This document shows, piece after piece, positions 28,190-38,225 of a stretch of DNA of 64,000 bases (position 1 is its first letter; every line of letters starts with the position of its first letter). The notes beneath the pieces were generated by a model. It ran no database searches, was not told the DNA's origin, and was given only the letters and a program-made list of their open reading frames with translations. The position numbers were made by a program, and so were the translations under genes. This DNA comes from Cyanobacteria bacterium J06648_1 (GTDB taxonomy: Bacteria; Cyanobacteriota; Cyanobacteriia; Cyanobacteriales; Xenococcaceae), in assembly GCA_039817275.1 (NCBI GenBank), contig JBCBWB010000001.1, forward strand, positions 25,344 to 89,343, given 5' to 3'.

Positions 28190-28594
28190 CTAAAGCGACA
28201 ATTTTAACCAACGATTGAGCCAATGTGAAAGTCTATTTGTCCAGGTTGGGGCAGGAATGTCTGTTTCTGACTTTTCCCATTCTGCTACGATCTTTCTGCC
28301 CAAAGGCGTTAAGCGAAAACTATCGGTTAATCCCTGTCCGTCAACTTCTCGTCGCAATAGACCGACATTAATCAACCAGACTAATTTGTCTTCAGTGCGT
28401 GATTCACTAAAAGCTTCTTTGATATAACCTTGTTTGATTCCTGTAGACTCGGCGATTTGCTGAATCGGTACGCTCTGATTCCGCATAGCTTGAAATAGCT
28501 TGAGTCGAAATGGAGAGCAAGATAATGCAATTTTGGCTCTTGCTACTGTCTTGGGATCATAATCAAAAGTTGTATCCTGATATTTAGTGGTCAT
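28190..28594 (-). CDS. conserved cyanobacterial hypothetical protein (possibly winged-helix-like)
   Basis: 134-aa ORF directly upstream of cobQ on the same strand. It resembles small conserved cyanobacterial proteins I recall being annotated as the Npun_F0494 family (uncertain). Confidence 0.5.
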   Translation of the reverse strand: MTTKYQDTTFDYDPKTVARAKIALSCSPFRLKLFQAMRNQSVPIQQIAESTGIKQGYIKEAFSESRTEDKLVWLINVGLLRREVDGQGLTDSFRLTPLGRKIVAEWEKSETDIPAPTWTNRLSHWLNRWLKLSL

Positions 28595-28695
28595 TCTGAA
28601 TGGAGATATGGGCTTGAATTTTAGCGATCGCTCGTAATTTTGAGAAAGCTAATAGATCTCAATAAGACGGTCTATAAAGCTATGTCTGATAGTTA

Positions 28696-28767
28696 AGCTC
28701 TCGACGGGATTTGAACCCGTGATCTCCTCCTTACCAAGGAGGTGCTTTACCCCTAAGCCACGAGAGC
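28696..28767 (-). tRNA. tRNA-Thr (anticodon GGU)
   Basis: The reverse complement folds as a 72-nt cloverleaf: acceptor GCTCTCG/CGAGAGC, D-arm GCTT/AAGC, anticodon stem CCTCC/GGAGG with loop TTGGTAA, T-arm ACGGG-TTCAAAT-CCCGT, discriminator T. CCA is not encoded. Confidence 0.9.
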
Positions 28768-28933
28768 GCATTCGATTATTCATCATATAACATTGAACGC
28801 TATTCGGGTACTTTTTTTTGTGCCAAAACCAGAAAATATAGTATTGGGGATATTTTGAACTTAATTTGTCCAGAAATTGGTCGAGATAGTTCTACAATTT
28901 GGATTGATATTTCAAGAAACTGGCGATCGCCTT

Positions 28934-30103
28934 ATGCTAAAAAATCTGCAACTGCCGCAAAGAATTATGCTTCTGGGTGCAGGAGAGTTAGGCAAAGAAT
29001 TTGTCATTGCGGCTCAACGTCTAGGAAATTTTGTCATTGCCGTTGACAGTTATGCTAATGCCCCAGCAATGCAGGTGGCAGATGTCGCCGAAGTTATCTC
29101 TATGCTCAATGGCGATGATCTAGAACGGGTAGTGCAGCAATATCAGCCCAATTTCATCGTCCCAGAAATCGAGGCGATTCGAACCGAAAAGCTAGTGGAA
29201 TTTGAACAGCGAGGCATTACCGTAATTCCCACGGCGGCGGCAACCAACTTCACCATGAATCGTGATCGCATTCGCGAACTAGCAGCCCAAGAACTGGGTG
29301 TCCGCACCGCAAAATATGCCTACGCGACAACTCTTGAGGAGCTAACCCAGGCATCAGCCGAGATTGGCTTTCCTAACGTAGTCAAACCCGTGATGTCTTC
29401 TTCGGGTAAGGGTCAATCGATTGTCAAGTCTCCCGCAGAGGTAGCATCAGCCTGGGAATATGCGATCGCTGGCGCACGAGGCGACACTCAAAAGATTATT
29501 GTTGAGGAGTTTATTGATTTTGAATTAGAAATCACCCTGATGACGGTTAAACAGTGGGCAGCAGAGACAATTTTCTGTCCGCCGATTGGTCATCGTCAAG
29601 AAAGAGGAGACTATCAAGAATCTTGGCAACCCGCTGGAGTCGCCCCTGAGAAAATCAAAGAGGCAGAAGCGATCGCCATCAAAGTTACCGATGCCTTGGG
29701 TGGTGCAGGTATTTTTGGGGTAGAGTTCTTTATTACCCAAGATGAGGTAATTTTTTCTGAACTATCTCCTCGTCCTCACGATACAGGCATGGTGACTCTA
29801 ATTTCCCAAAATCTCAATGAGTTTGAACTCCACCTCAGAGCAATTTTGGGCTTACCTATTCCTCAAATCGAAATTTTCTCCCCTGCTGCTAGCGCCGTAA
29901 TTTTGGCAGAGAAGAATTCAGAGCGGATTGAGTTTAATAATGTTGCCGCCGCCTTGACTGAAATAGGTACAGATCTACGCCTGTTTGGTAAACCAAATTC
30001 TCGTCCCTACCGTCGCATGGGAGTAGCCTTGGCAACGGCAGAAACAACCGAGTTGGCTAGACAGAAAGCGCTCAAAGTTGCTAGTACAGTTACTTTAAAT
30101 TAA
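28934..30103 (+). CDS. purT: formate-dependent phosphoribosylglycinamide formyltransferase
   Basis: ATP-grasp enzyme: [13 protein letters not shown]..., [21 protein letters not shown] and RRMGVALA. I prefer ATG 28934 over the track's TTG 28877. Confidence 0.9.
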   Translation: MLKNLQLPQRIMLLGAGELGKEFVIAAQRLGNFVIAVDSYANAPAMQVADVAEVISMLNGDDLERVVQQYQPNFIVPEIEAIRTEKLVEFEQRGITVIPTAAATNFTMNRDRIRELAAQELGVRTAKYAYATTLEELTQASAEIGFPNVVKPVMSSSGKGQSIVKSPAEVASAWEYAIAGARGDTQKIIVEEFIDFELEITLMTVKQWAAETIFCPPIGHRQERGDYQESWQPAGVAPEKIKEAEAIAIKVTDALGGAGIFGVEFFITQDEVIFSELSPRPHDTGMVTLISQNLNEFELHLRAILGLPIPQIEIFSPAASAVILAEKNSERIEFNNVAAALTEIGTDLRLFGKPNSRPYRRMGVALATAETTELARQKALKVASTVTLN

Positions 30104-30117
30104 TTGATGGATCATCC

Positions 30118-31272
30118 CTATGATGGTAGAGGCTTTAATTCGCCGATATAGGCAACACCAATTATATTCAATCTCCATTGCTGGGGATTTTGCTTGACTG
30201 GCGCTTGCTTGATATAGTCCAGCTCAAAATTAGCAGAATACTTCTGACAGCAGGAAACTGAAGCAGTTTCAAAGTCGGCGGCTGGGGTAAATCGTCGCAG
30301 AGGCAGAGTAATTAAATTAATATTATTGGGTCTAATCTTTGTCACCCACTCAGAATAAGAACTGACGACGATGCGCTCTGTGCCAAACTTGATTTCAATC
30401 AAACCATCATTTAGATCGGACTTAATATATAGACCGACAAATTTGCCTTTTAATAAAAACTGGAGGGAATTTCCTGGGGTGAGGGTAAAGTTTTGCTCCC
30501 GAAACACAGAATTCTGATAAATAGAGACTTTCGGCTGATCTGGGAAATAATTTCCTTGCTTGAAATTGGCAAAAAAGCGGAGATTTTCCAGGTTATCCTG
30601 ATAAATTGGCTCAACCCCATTGCTTCTAGGGGAGTTTTTATCAGACTTTAGACTATTGACTATGCCATTTTTTTCTAGTTGTGCAGCAATTATTTGGGCG
30701 ACTGTCTGTACACCATGGGGTCTGCTGTAGTGAGCTATGTCGTCTCCACTATACAAAGATTGAATAAAACCCAAACCTCTTTGTTGGCGCAGAATCTCGG
30801 TTATATTGACTACTGGCAGACAATAATGTTCTCCAATTGATTCGTACAGTTCCGATACAGCACAGTTTTGCTGATAATAGTCTTCTTTGTTGACACCAAA
30901 GATCAACAGTACGATTAAACAGTAGGGATTCGATTTTTGGCACTTGCGAATAAACCCTTCTAAAGATTTTCCTGCCAATTCAAGATTATAGTGGTCAATT
31001 TCAATTGCATGGCGATCATTGACGCAATATTCAAAGAAGATGATCTCGCTCTTTGCCGCAATATCATGTCGATCTTCCTGGATTGCCGCAAAAATATTAG
31101 TCACGCCGCCCAAAGAGTAGGATCTTACCGAAGTCTTTTGCTTGGTCAATTTCGCCAGATGATCGCCCAGATACTTGGTATATCCTCGTCTCATCACGGA
31201 ATTAGACCCTCCCACCACAGAAATTTTTAGTTCAGCTTGCTTTCTGCTACTGAGGGGGTTTCTAAAAAACAT
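30118..31272 (-). CDS. SGNH/GDSL-hydrolase-like protein with an uncharacterised C-terminal domain
   Basis: Block I-like VVGGSNS, block III-like FEYCVND and block V-like DDIAHY. The C-terminal ~180 aa is unassigned. Confidence 0.45.
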   Translation of the reverse strand: MFFRNPLSSRKQAELKISVVGGSNSVMRRGYTKYLGDHLAKLTKQKTSVRSYSLGGVTNIFAAIQEDRHDIAAKSEIIFFEYCVNDRHAIEIDHYNLELAGKSLEGFIRKCQKSNPYCLIVLLIFGVNKEDYYQQNCAVSELYESIGEHYCLPVVNITEILRQQRGLGFIQSLYSGDDIAHYSRPHGVQTVAQIIAAQLEKNGIVNSLKSDKNSPRSNGVEPIYQDNLENLRFFANFKQGNYFPDQPKVSIYQNSVFREQNFTLTPGNSLQFLLKGKFVGLYIKSDLNDGLIEIKFGTERIVVSSYSEWVTKIRPNNINLITLPLRRFTPAADFETASVSCCQKYSANFELDYIKQAPVKQNPQQWRLNIIGVAYIGELKPLPS

Positions 31273-31375
31273 TTAAGTTTTACAAAAATTGCTAATTAGG
31301 TTTTCAAGGGCTAATGTAGCAGCCTTATAATATGCTTAACTGTATTGATTTGATGAAGAAATTAAGCAAAACTCT

Positions 31376-31642
31376 ATGGCAACCTTTGTCAAAATAGAAA
31401 CAGGCATTGTTGATAAATCAGTTTTTGATCGCTACGTAGCCGCACACCAATCTTTCGTACGTCAATTAATTGAGCAAGGACATAAGGCGAAAACGGGCTA
31501 TTGGAGCGAATTAGGCGGTGGAATGCTCGTATTTGAGGCAAGTTCACTCTCTGAGGCGCAAGCAATTGTGGCTCAAGATCCTCTAATTATAAATAATTGC
31601 GTCAACTATGAATTACACGAGTGGTGCATTGTAGTTGAATAA
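31376..31642 (+). CDS. YciI-family-like small protein
   Basis: 88 aa. The pattern ...AHQSFVRQLIEQGH...G.....GGMLVFEA.S..EA..IV..DP... fits the YciI-like fold. Confidence 0.5.
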   Translation: MATFVKIETGIVDKSVFDRYVAAHQSFVRQLIEQGHKAKTGYWSELGGGMLVFEASSLSEAQAIVAQDPLIINNCVNYELHEWCIVVE

Positions 31643-31768
31643 AGTTTTGATAAAGTTGCTAATTACAATGCGGATCGAAAGTCAGAAAATACTGATTCTA
31701 TAAGCAGCTTGCCAGCTGGGAACTTCTGCTCTGAGAAATAAACAACAATCAATAGTGCAGACTAAAAA

Positions 31769-32446
31769 TTATGACTTGAGCTGCCGATGATTGAGTAATT
31801 TCAAGAGGCTTAAACTGAGCAATAGCCAACAGTAGCCAAAAATATAGCCTCCCAAAATATCTGTTGTCCAATGAGCCTTGACGTAGATGCTGCCAAAGCC
31901 AATGAGCAAAACTAGAAAAGTAGAAAACCCATAGACATATTTGGCACACTGAGGATAAAGAGTCGCCAAAACAAAAGAAAGATAAAAATAAAAGACTAAG
32001 TTCCCAGATGCATGTCCACTAGGAAAGCTATCTGGACTCAAATCACTTACTAGTCTGGGTTTGGGAGGGCGATCGCGATCAAAGAAAGGCTTTAAGATTT
32101 TATCTACCAGAATTAAAATACCCAGGGTGGCGAATACTAACGCCTTAACTTCGTTCCAACAGCGTAAACGGATTAAGGCAATCAAAGCAGTAAGGACGAT
32201 CGCTCCGGTAACGTAGGTGTTGCTAATTAGATAGATACTAGTAAAAATTAAATTCAGGAAAGAGTTTTGCCGACTTTCCAGAAAATGCAAAATATCGAGA
32301 TCAAAAGCGTAATAGTTTTCGTTGTACGTTCGATAGCAAAGCTGAAGAAACGGTAACAAAAGGAGTAAAAGGAGATAAAGGTAATTACGGCTTATCCTGG
32401 GGTATTTTGGCATTGAAGTTGATGAAAGACACCTTAACTCTGGCAA
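31769..32446 (-). CDS. PAP2-family membrane phosphatase
   Basis: The three PAP2 motifs are present: KPFFDRDRPP, PSGH and the HWTTD-type C3 region. It has multiple TM segments. Confidence 0.75.
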   Translation of the reverse strand: MPELRCLSSTSMPKYPRISRNYLYLLLLLLLPFLQLCYRTYNENYYAFDLDILHFLESRQNSFLNLIFTSIYLISNTYVTGAIVLTALIALIRLRCWNEVKALVFATLGILILVDKILKPFFDRDRPPKPRLVSDLSPDSFPSGHASGNLVFYFYLSFVLATLYPQCAKYVYGFSTFLVLLIGFGSIYVKAHWTTDILGGYIFGYCWLLLSLSLLKLLNHRQLKS

Positions 32447-32613
32447 TTATAGTCACTTTGAACCTTGTTGTGATTAGATCAGCGTGTTTTAAGCATTGAT
32501 CCTAGCTAGCGATCGCAATCAGCTAGCTAAAAGTATATTTACAATCTGATTGAGCCTACCAAATTCATTTATGATAAGAAGCTAACCTCTCTCAATCGAT
32601 TCATTTCTCAGCT

Positions 32614-33141
32614 ATGTCTAAGCAAACTATTTCTGTCTTAGTAGAAGACGAAGCAGGAGTTTTAACCCGTATTGCGGGATTATTTGCCCGTCGTGGTTTT
32701 AATATTGAAAGCTTAGCGGTAGGACCTGCCGAACAATCAGGGGTATCGCGCATTACTATGGTTGTCCCTGGGGATGAGAAAGTGGTGGAACAGCTAATTA
32801 AACAGCTATATAAATTGATTAGCGTGCTGAAGGTACAGGATATCAGTCAACAGCCCTGTGTTGAAAGAGAGCTGATGTTGATCAAGATTAATGCTACTGC
32901 CTCAAATAGAGCCGAAGTGATTCAGGTCGCGCAAATATTCCGCGCTCGCGTAGTCGATCTGGCAGAGGACGCTCTGACCCTAGAAGTAGTGGGCGATCCT
33001 GGCAAGATTGTGGCGATTATCAAAATGCTGACTAAGTTTGGGATCAGAGAGATAGCCAGGACAGGAAAGATAGCCCTCGTGAGGGAATCGGGAGTCAATA
33101 CAGAATATTTAAAATCCCTCGAAGCAAAAGTTACTTTGTAA
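32614..33141 (+). CDS. ilvH: acetolactate synthase small (regulatory) subunit
   Basis: ACT domain [32 protein letters not shown] followed by the ALS_ss_C-like half. Confidence 0.9.
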   Translation: MSKQTISVLVEDEAGVLTRIAGLFARRGFNIESLAVGPAEQSGVSRITMVVPGDEKVVEQLIKQLYKLISVLKVQDISQQPCVERELMLIKINATASNRAEVIQVAQIFRARVVDLAEDALTLEVVGDPGKIVAIIKMLTKFGIREIARTGKIALVRESGVNTEYLKSLEAKVTL

Positions 33142-33287
33142 ATAAGCAAATTCGGAAATGTGCCGCAGCGGCAGCGGCAGGGAATAAGGCTACATTGAGC
33201 AATTATGTAGTAGATATATAGAGCTGTAAGCTATTCAGTTATGTTGCTAGTCAAGCCTCTAAGATATTTCTACCCCAGACTAGAGAC

Positions 33288-34094
33288 TTATACTTTGAAT
33301 AGCAGTTTAGCTGGGGCATTAATAAAATTTTGCTCTGCTAGAATCTGATGCAGGTTAATATCTGTTTCTAAAAGACAAGCATGACCACTCTGGGGCAAAA
33401 CTGCCATTTGCCCTCTGGGTAGCAAACCAGTCAGCTTCTTGGCTTCTTCTACTGAAGGTAATAATCCATCGGCTGCTCCAGCCAAAATTAAGCTAGGAAT
33501 ATTGAGACTGCGTAGTTCTTCATCTAATACTTTGAAATCTCGCAGTAAAGATAGTCGCCAGCTCACCACATGGGGGGGAATAGATTTCATACTGGCAATC
33601 AGGCGATCGCGATCGCAGTCGCTAATCCGATTCAGACGAGCCAAAAAAGGTAGGAGTCCTGCCGCTGAATAACGATGCACCCAAGATGGCACTAAGGCGG
33701 TAATATCAGCACCCCAGCTCAAAATTGGTAGCTGATTAAAACAGGAAGCAGGATTAACCAAGATTAACCGACTAATTAAGTCTGGTGCCGCCAAAGCAGT
33801 TTTTAAAGCCAAACAGCCACCAAATGATTCACCACATAGATAAACTTGCCGCGCTGGCTGTTGAGCCAGCTCTGCCCGAATAAGAGTTACGGTATCTCTC
33901 GCTAAGTCTTGCCAGGTACTATAGTTATCGGTGCGAATTGCGATACAGCGCAGATCAAAATCGGCCGCTAAGTCATCAGATTGAGTTTGCAATAATCTTC
34001 CAGTGCCGTCCATTCCTGGCAGGTAGATAAATAGCGGTCGTTCAGCATTGCCCTGCTTTGAATCAATAAAATCTACGCTAAGTTCAAAACCCAT
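33288..34094 (-). CDS. alpha/beta hydrolase resembling the hydrolase domain of plant phytyl-ester-synthase (ELT) proteins
   Basis: PLFIYLPGMDGTGRLL...LRCIAI...VYLCGESFGGCLAL...LILVNPASCF. The nucleophile elbow is GESFG. Confidence 0.65.
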   Translation of the reverse strand: MGFELSVDFIDSKQGNAERPLFIYLPGMDGTGRLLQTQSDDLAADFDLRCIAIRTDNYSTWQDLARDTVTLIRAELAQQPARQVYLCGESFGGCLALKTALAAPDLISRLILVNPASCFNQLPILSWGADITALVPSWVHRYSAAGLLPFLARLNRISDCDRDRLIASMKSIPPHVVSWRLSLLRDFKVLDEELRSLNIPSLILAGAADGLLPSVEEAKKLTGLLPRGQMAVLPQSGHACLLETDINLHQILAEQNFINAPAKLLFKV

Positions 34095-34242
34095 AAAAAT
34101 GTATGAAGAAATAATATAAAACTTAAGACTTTTTAATACTTATGATTTTCTGACATTTCTCAATTAAGTTTTGTTTCCCCCCACTTTTCTTTAGATTCGC
34201 CTGGATAACTGATAAGCAAGCAATCAGTAGTCGGTAATCAAT

Positions 34243-34965
34243 TTAGTAACACCCTTCCTTGAGTAAATCAGTGATTTGCTCTTGACAATAGTGGGTTAGA
34301 TCCAGCGCCAATTTTTTGGCCTCTCTACCCTTATATTCCCGTTTTTGAGCTGTATTAATCAAGTAGGGTCTGCCGACCGCGACATGGGCGCGATGATAAA
34401 CTAGCATCGGATGCAGTCCCTGTCGTTCAAAAAATGGTTCATGGCGATCAAATCGCTTGAGCCAGCGAATCGGAATACTCGGATAATTAGTTTCCGACAT
34501 AGAGGCGATCGCTACTGGCAAAACAGTTAAATTGGCGACAGGTGCTTTCCAAGCCAAATGAGCAAAGCCACGATGAAAGGGATTAATTTCCTGAGGAGCC
34601 GTTGGCTCAATCATCGGTTTCGTGCCTTCGGGAAATAGACCCACCCACTGTCTACAGGTTAGGAGCTGACTAGCTTGCTCAAAAAAATCTTTTTGTCGAT
34701 GTTCCACCGATCCCAAAGGAAAACAGCCTAGAGAATCGACGACTTCTCGCACAATTGGGGTCTGTCCCATGTAGTGATGACAGGCAATTCGCAACGTGTT
34801 GGGAATTGTTTTGATTAAAATTGGCGCATCTAAAAAACTGCGGTGATTGCTAACTACAATTGTCGGCGTGTCTTGAGGAATGCGCTCGCAGTAAGACTTG
34901 GTTAAACTCAGGTTAACTGCTGATATCAAAGATTGGGCGATAAAATGTGGTGTAAATGACTGCAT
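34243..34965 (-). CDS. PlsC-type lysophospholipid acyltransferase family protein
   Basis: HX4D motif NHRSFLDAP and block III FPEGT. Confidence 0.75.
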   Translation of the reverse strand: MQSFTPHFIAQSLISAVNLSLTKSYCERIPQDTPTIVVSNHRSFLDAPILIKTIPNTLRIACHHYMGQTPIVREVVDSLGCFPLGSVEHRQKDFFEQASQLLTCRQWVGLFPEGTKPMIEPTAPQEINPFHRGFAHLAWKAPVANLTVLPVAIASMSETNYPSIPIRWLKRFDRHEPFFERQGLHPMLVYHRAHVAVGRPYLINTAQKREYKGREAKKLALDLTHYCQEQITDLLKEGCY

Positions 34966-35408
34966 TCAATAAATTATTAGCATATTAAACCTAGAGAAGC
35001 TATATATCTGTTTTTTCTACTTCGACAGGTCTACTTATAGTATGGAGGAATACTTAACCTTTAACAAAAATTTCGGATTAAACTCCCCCGACAAAGACCA
35101 AAATATATAGGACGACCTTAACTATCTTGTTTGCTTTGGCAGATTGGGAGCGGTTTGTTAACGAAATCGAAAATTTATTAAGTATTTTCCTTAACGTTAA
35201 TTTAAAGCTCTGTTGTAATTGATACTGTAATGATTGGGTCATCAAAATATAGAAAAAATACGGTTCCAGAGCCGTTTGCTAATTTAAGCTTGCTACTGGC
35301 AAACATTAACATCTATAGATTGCGATCGCTCTGCATCAACATTCAGAAAGTTGCTACTGATTCAAGAAACAACTGCTTGTCTTTTCTGGCTCTGGCAATT
35401 GCTCGCTA

Positions 35409-37013
35409 ATGCAAATGAATAATACCGACCATCACCAAAAATTTTCTTTAACCACTCCCCTTTATTACGTTAATGGAGTTCCCCATATTGGCAGTGCCTA
35501 CACTACCATGGTGGCAGATGCCATCGCTAGATTCCACCGTCTACAGGGTAAATCAGTCCTTTTAATTACGGGAACGGATGAGCATGGGCAAAAAATTCAG
35601 CGCACCGCCGAGACGGAAAATGTCGCACCTCAGATTCATTGCGATCGCATTGTCACTAGTTTCCAGTCTTTATGGGCAAAATTAGAGATCAAATATGATC
35701 GCTTTAGTCGGACGACTGCACCAAAACATCAGCAAATTGTCAACGAGTTCTTTGAGCGAGTCTGGCAAAAAGACGATATTTATTTAGATCGTCAGCAGGG
35801 TTGGTATTGCGTCTCTTGTGAAGAGTTTAAGGAAGAACGCGAACTGCTCGAAGATCATTACTGTGCTATCCATACCAATAAACAGGCGGAATGGCGCGAT
35901 GAAGAGAACTACTTTTTTCGGCTTTCTAAATATCAACAGCAGCTAGAAGAACTATATGAGTCTCAGCCCGACTTTATCCAGCCACCCAGTCGGCGTAATG
36001 AAGTACTCAACTTTGTTAAGCAGGGTTTAAAAGACTTCTCTATTTCTCGCGTCAATTTAGACTGGGGTTTTCCCGTTCCCGTAGACGAAAAGCATACGAT
36101 CTATGTCTGGTTTGATGCTTTGCTCGGCTATGTTACAGCTTTGCTCGAACCAGAACAAGAGCCGACCCTCGATAATGCTTTGGCCCAGTGGTGGCCGATT
36201 GATCTTCATCTAATAGGTAAAGATATATTACGATTTCATGCAGTTTACTGGCCAGCCATGTTAGCTTCTGCTGGTTTGCCTTTACCAAAACAAGTTTTCG
36301 GTCACGGTTTTTTGACCAAAGACGGGCTAAAAATGGGTAAAACCTTGGGTAACACCATCGATCCAATTGAGTTGGTTGATAGATACGGCGCCGATGCTGT
36401 GCGCTATTACTTTCTTAAAGAAATCGAGTTAGGTAATGACGGCGATTTTAATGAAGCTCGTTTTATCAACGTGCTAAATAACGATCTAGCTGACGTGCTG
36501 GGAAATTCGCTTAACCGTAGTCTGGGAATGTTGAAAAAATATTGTCAGAGCAAGGTACCGCAGTTATCCAGTGCTGATTATAGTCCAGACCATCCTCTAA
36601 AAAGTGTTGGTATGACTCTGGGCGATCGCGTAGTCAAAGCTTACGAAAATCTCCAAGTTAGTCAAGCCTGTACCGAGGCTTTAGTCTTGGTGCGAGCTGT
36701 CAATAAATATATTGACGATAGTGCGCCTTGGAAACTATTTAAACAGGAGCAGCAGAGCGAAGTCGAACAAATTTTGTATGCTGTTTTAGAATCTATCCGT
36801 TTATCTGCCTATTTGTTGTCTCCCGTAATTCCCACGACCAGCAGCAAGATTTACCAGCAGTTAGGATTCGACGGGAATTTTAATCAAGATTCTACAGCCG
36901 AGTCGGGATGGGATTTCCAAATCCACTCCCAATGGGGTGAACTCTCAAACAGTAAGACTTTAGATAAGGCTAGCCCTGTGTTTTCTAAATTAGAATTACC
37001 TGTAGAAGATTAA
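35409..37013 (+). CDS. metG: methionine--tRNA ligase
   Basis: HIGS (HIGH-type) motif PHIGSAYT, KMGKT (KMSKS-type) motif, and the zinc knuckle region CVSCEEF...HYCAIH. Confidence 0.92.
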   Translation: MQMNNTDHHQKFSLTTPLYYVNGVPHIGSAYTTMVADAIARFHRLQGKSVLLITGTDEHGQKIQRTAETENVAPQIHCDRIVTSFQSLWAKLEIKYDRFSRTTAPKHQQIVNEFFERVWQKDDIYLDRQQGWYCVSCEEFKEERELLEDHYCAIHTNKQAEWRDEENYFFRLSKYQQQLEELYESQPDFIQPPSRRNEVLNFVKQGLKDFSISRVNLDWGFPVPVDEKHTIYVWFDALLGYVTALLEPEQEPTLDNALAQWWPIDLHLIGKDILRFHAVYWPAMLASAGLPLPKQVFGHGFLTKDGLKMGKTLGNTIDPIELVDRYGADAVRYYFLKEIELGNDGDFNEARFINVLNNDLADVLGNSLNRSLGMLKKYCQSKVPQLSSADYSPDHPLKSVGMTLGDRVVKAYENLQVSQACTEALVLVRAVNKYIDDSAPWKLFKQEQQSEVEQILYAVLESIRLSAYLLSPVIPTTSSKIYQQLGFDGNFNQDSTAESGWDFQIHSQWGELSNSKTLDKASPVFSKLELPVED

Positions 37014-37409
37014 ATAATGGCAAGTAATTCCGCTCCTTTTATTTTTTTACTGATATAAAGGATAAATGCTAAATCAGACAATTTTTAGATTAATCAAGGC
37101 TTTTGACAGTTAAATATTAGTAGTTAATTTGTAGTGAAATAACTCTAGGCTCTAACTGAAAAAATTTTTAAAGCGCCGTCATTAATAAAAAGTAAGATAC
37201 CCGAACTAAACCTCGACCTGCTCAAGAGATTATTTTTTCTCTCAGGACAATCGAGCTACAAAAACAGCAAAAAACAATACATGGGTTAAAACTGCTGGCT
37301 CTCAATTTCTATCAGAGTTTCTACGCTCTAAGCGTTTGGCAGTCAGCAAATATAGGACTAATCCACCCAAATAGAATAAATTTTTTTCATAAAATTGAGG
37401 CTTAAGACA

Positions 37410-38003
37410 ATGCTAGATAATTTCGGCAGCGATCCTATTTTTACCCCCGAACAAATTCTAGAAAACAGAGGACGTGTAGCAATTTTCATTGACGGTTCTA
37501 ATCTATTTTATGCGGCGCTACAGCTAGGCATTGAGATTGACTACAGCAAGCTTCTATATCGCCTCACTGGTGGCTCTCGACTATTGAGATCGTTTTTTTA
37601 TACAGGGGTTGATCGCACCAACGAAAAGCAGCAGGGTTTCTTGCTGTGGATGCGCCGCAATGGCTATCGTGTAATTGCTAAGGATTTGGTTCAGCTTCCC
37701 GATGGCTCAAAAAAGGCTAATTTAGACGTGGAAATCGCTGTGGACATGATGGCTTTGGTTTCCGCCTATGACACGGCTGTATTGGTCAGTGGCGATGGGG
37801 ATTTAGCCTATGCCGTTGATGCGGTTAGCTACCGTGGTGCCAGAGTGGAAGTTGTGAGTCTGCGTTCGATGACTAGCGACAGCTTGATTAATGTGGCAGA
37901 TCGCTATATCGATTTAGATCAGATTAAAGGAGATATTCAAAAAAGCAACAAGCATAGCGATCCCTATCGCAGCTTTTCTGGTTTTGGAATCCTTGATGAC
38001 TAG
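37410..38003 (+). CDS. NYN-domain (LabA-like) protein
   Basis: VAIFIDGSNLFYA...FFYTG...LDVEIAVDMM...VLVSGDGDLAYAV is the LabA/NYN pattern. I prefer ATG 37410 over TTG 37395. Confidence 0.75.
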   Translation: MLDNFGSDPIFTPEQILENRGRVAIFIDGSNLFYAALQLGIEIDYSKLLYRLTGGSRLLRSFFYTGVDRTNEKQQGFLLWMRRNGYRVIAKDLVQLPDGSKKANLDVEIAVDMMALVSAYDTAVLVSGDGDLAYAVDAVSYRGARVEVVSLRSMTSDSLINVADRYIDLDQIKGDIQKSNKHSDPYRSFSGFGILDD

Positions 38004-38225
38004 TCTTTGATTTGCGATCGCCCTATTGGCGAAGGTTAAGTTGGCAGGTTCTGAGGTAAAACTTAGAATCTTTTTTTTAGATCCTGCGTCGATATCTTCC
38101 CCCAGTCTCATCTGGCAATCTCGAAAGAGATATTTCGACGCAATCTTGCTAAATAGTCGGCAAATCGGTCAATTGCAGAATTGAGAGTATAAGGTAGGTT
38201 TAATAATTATTGCTGCTTCAAAAAT

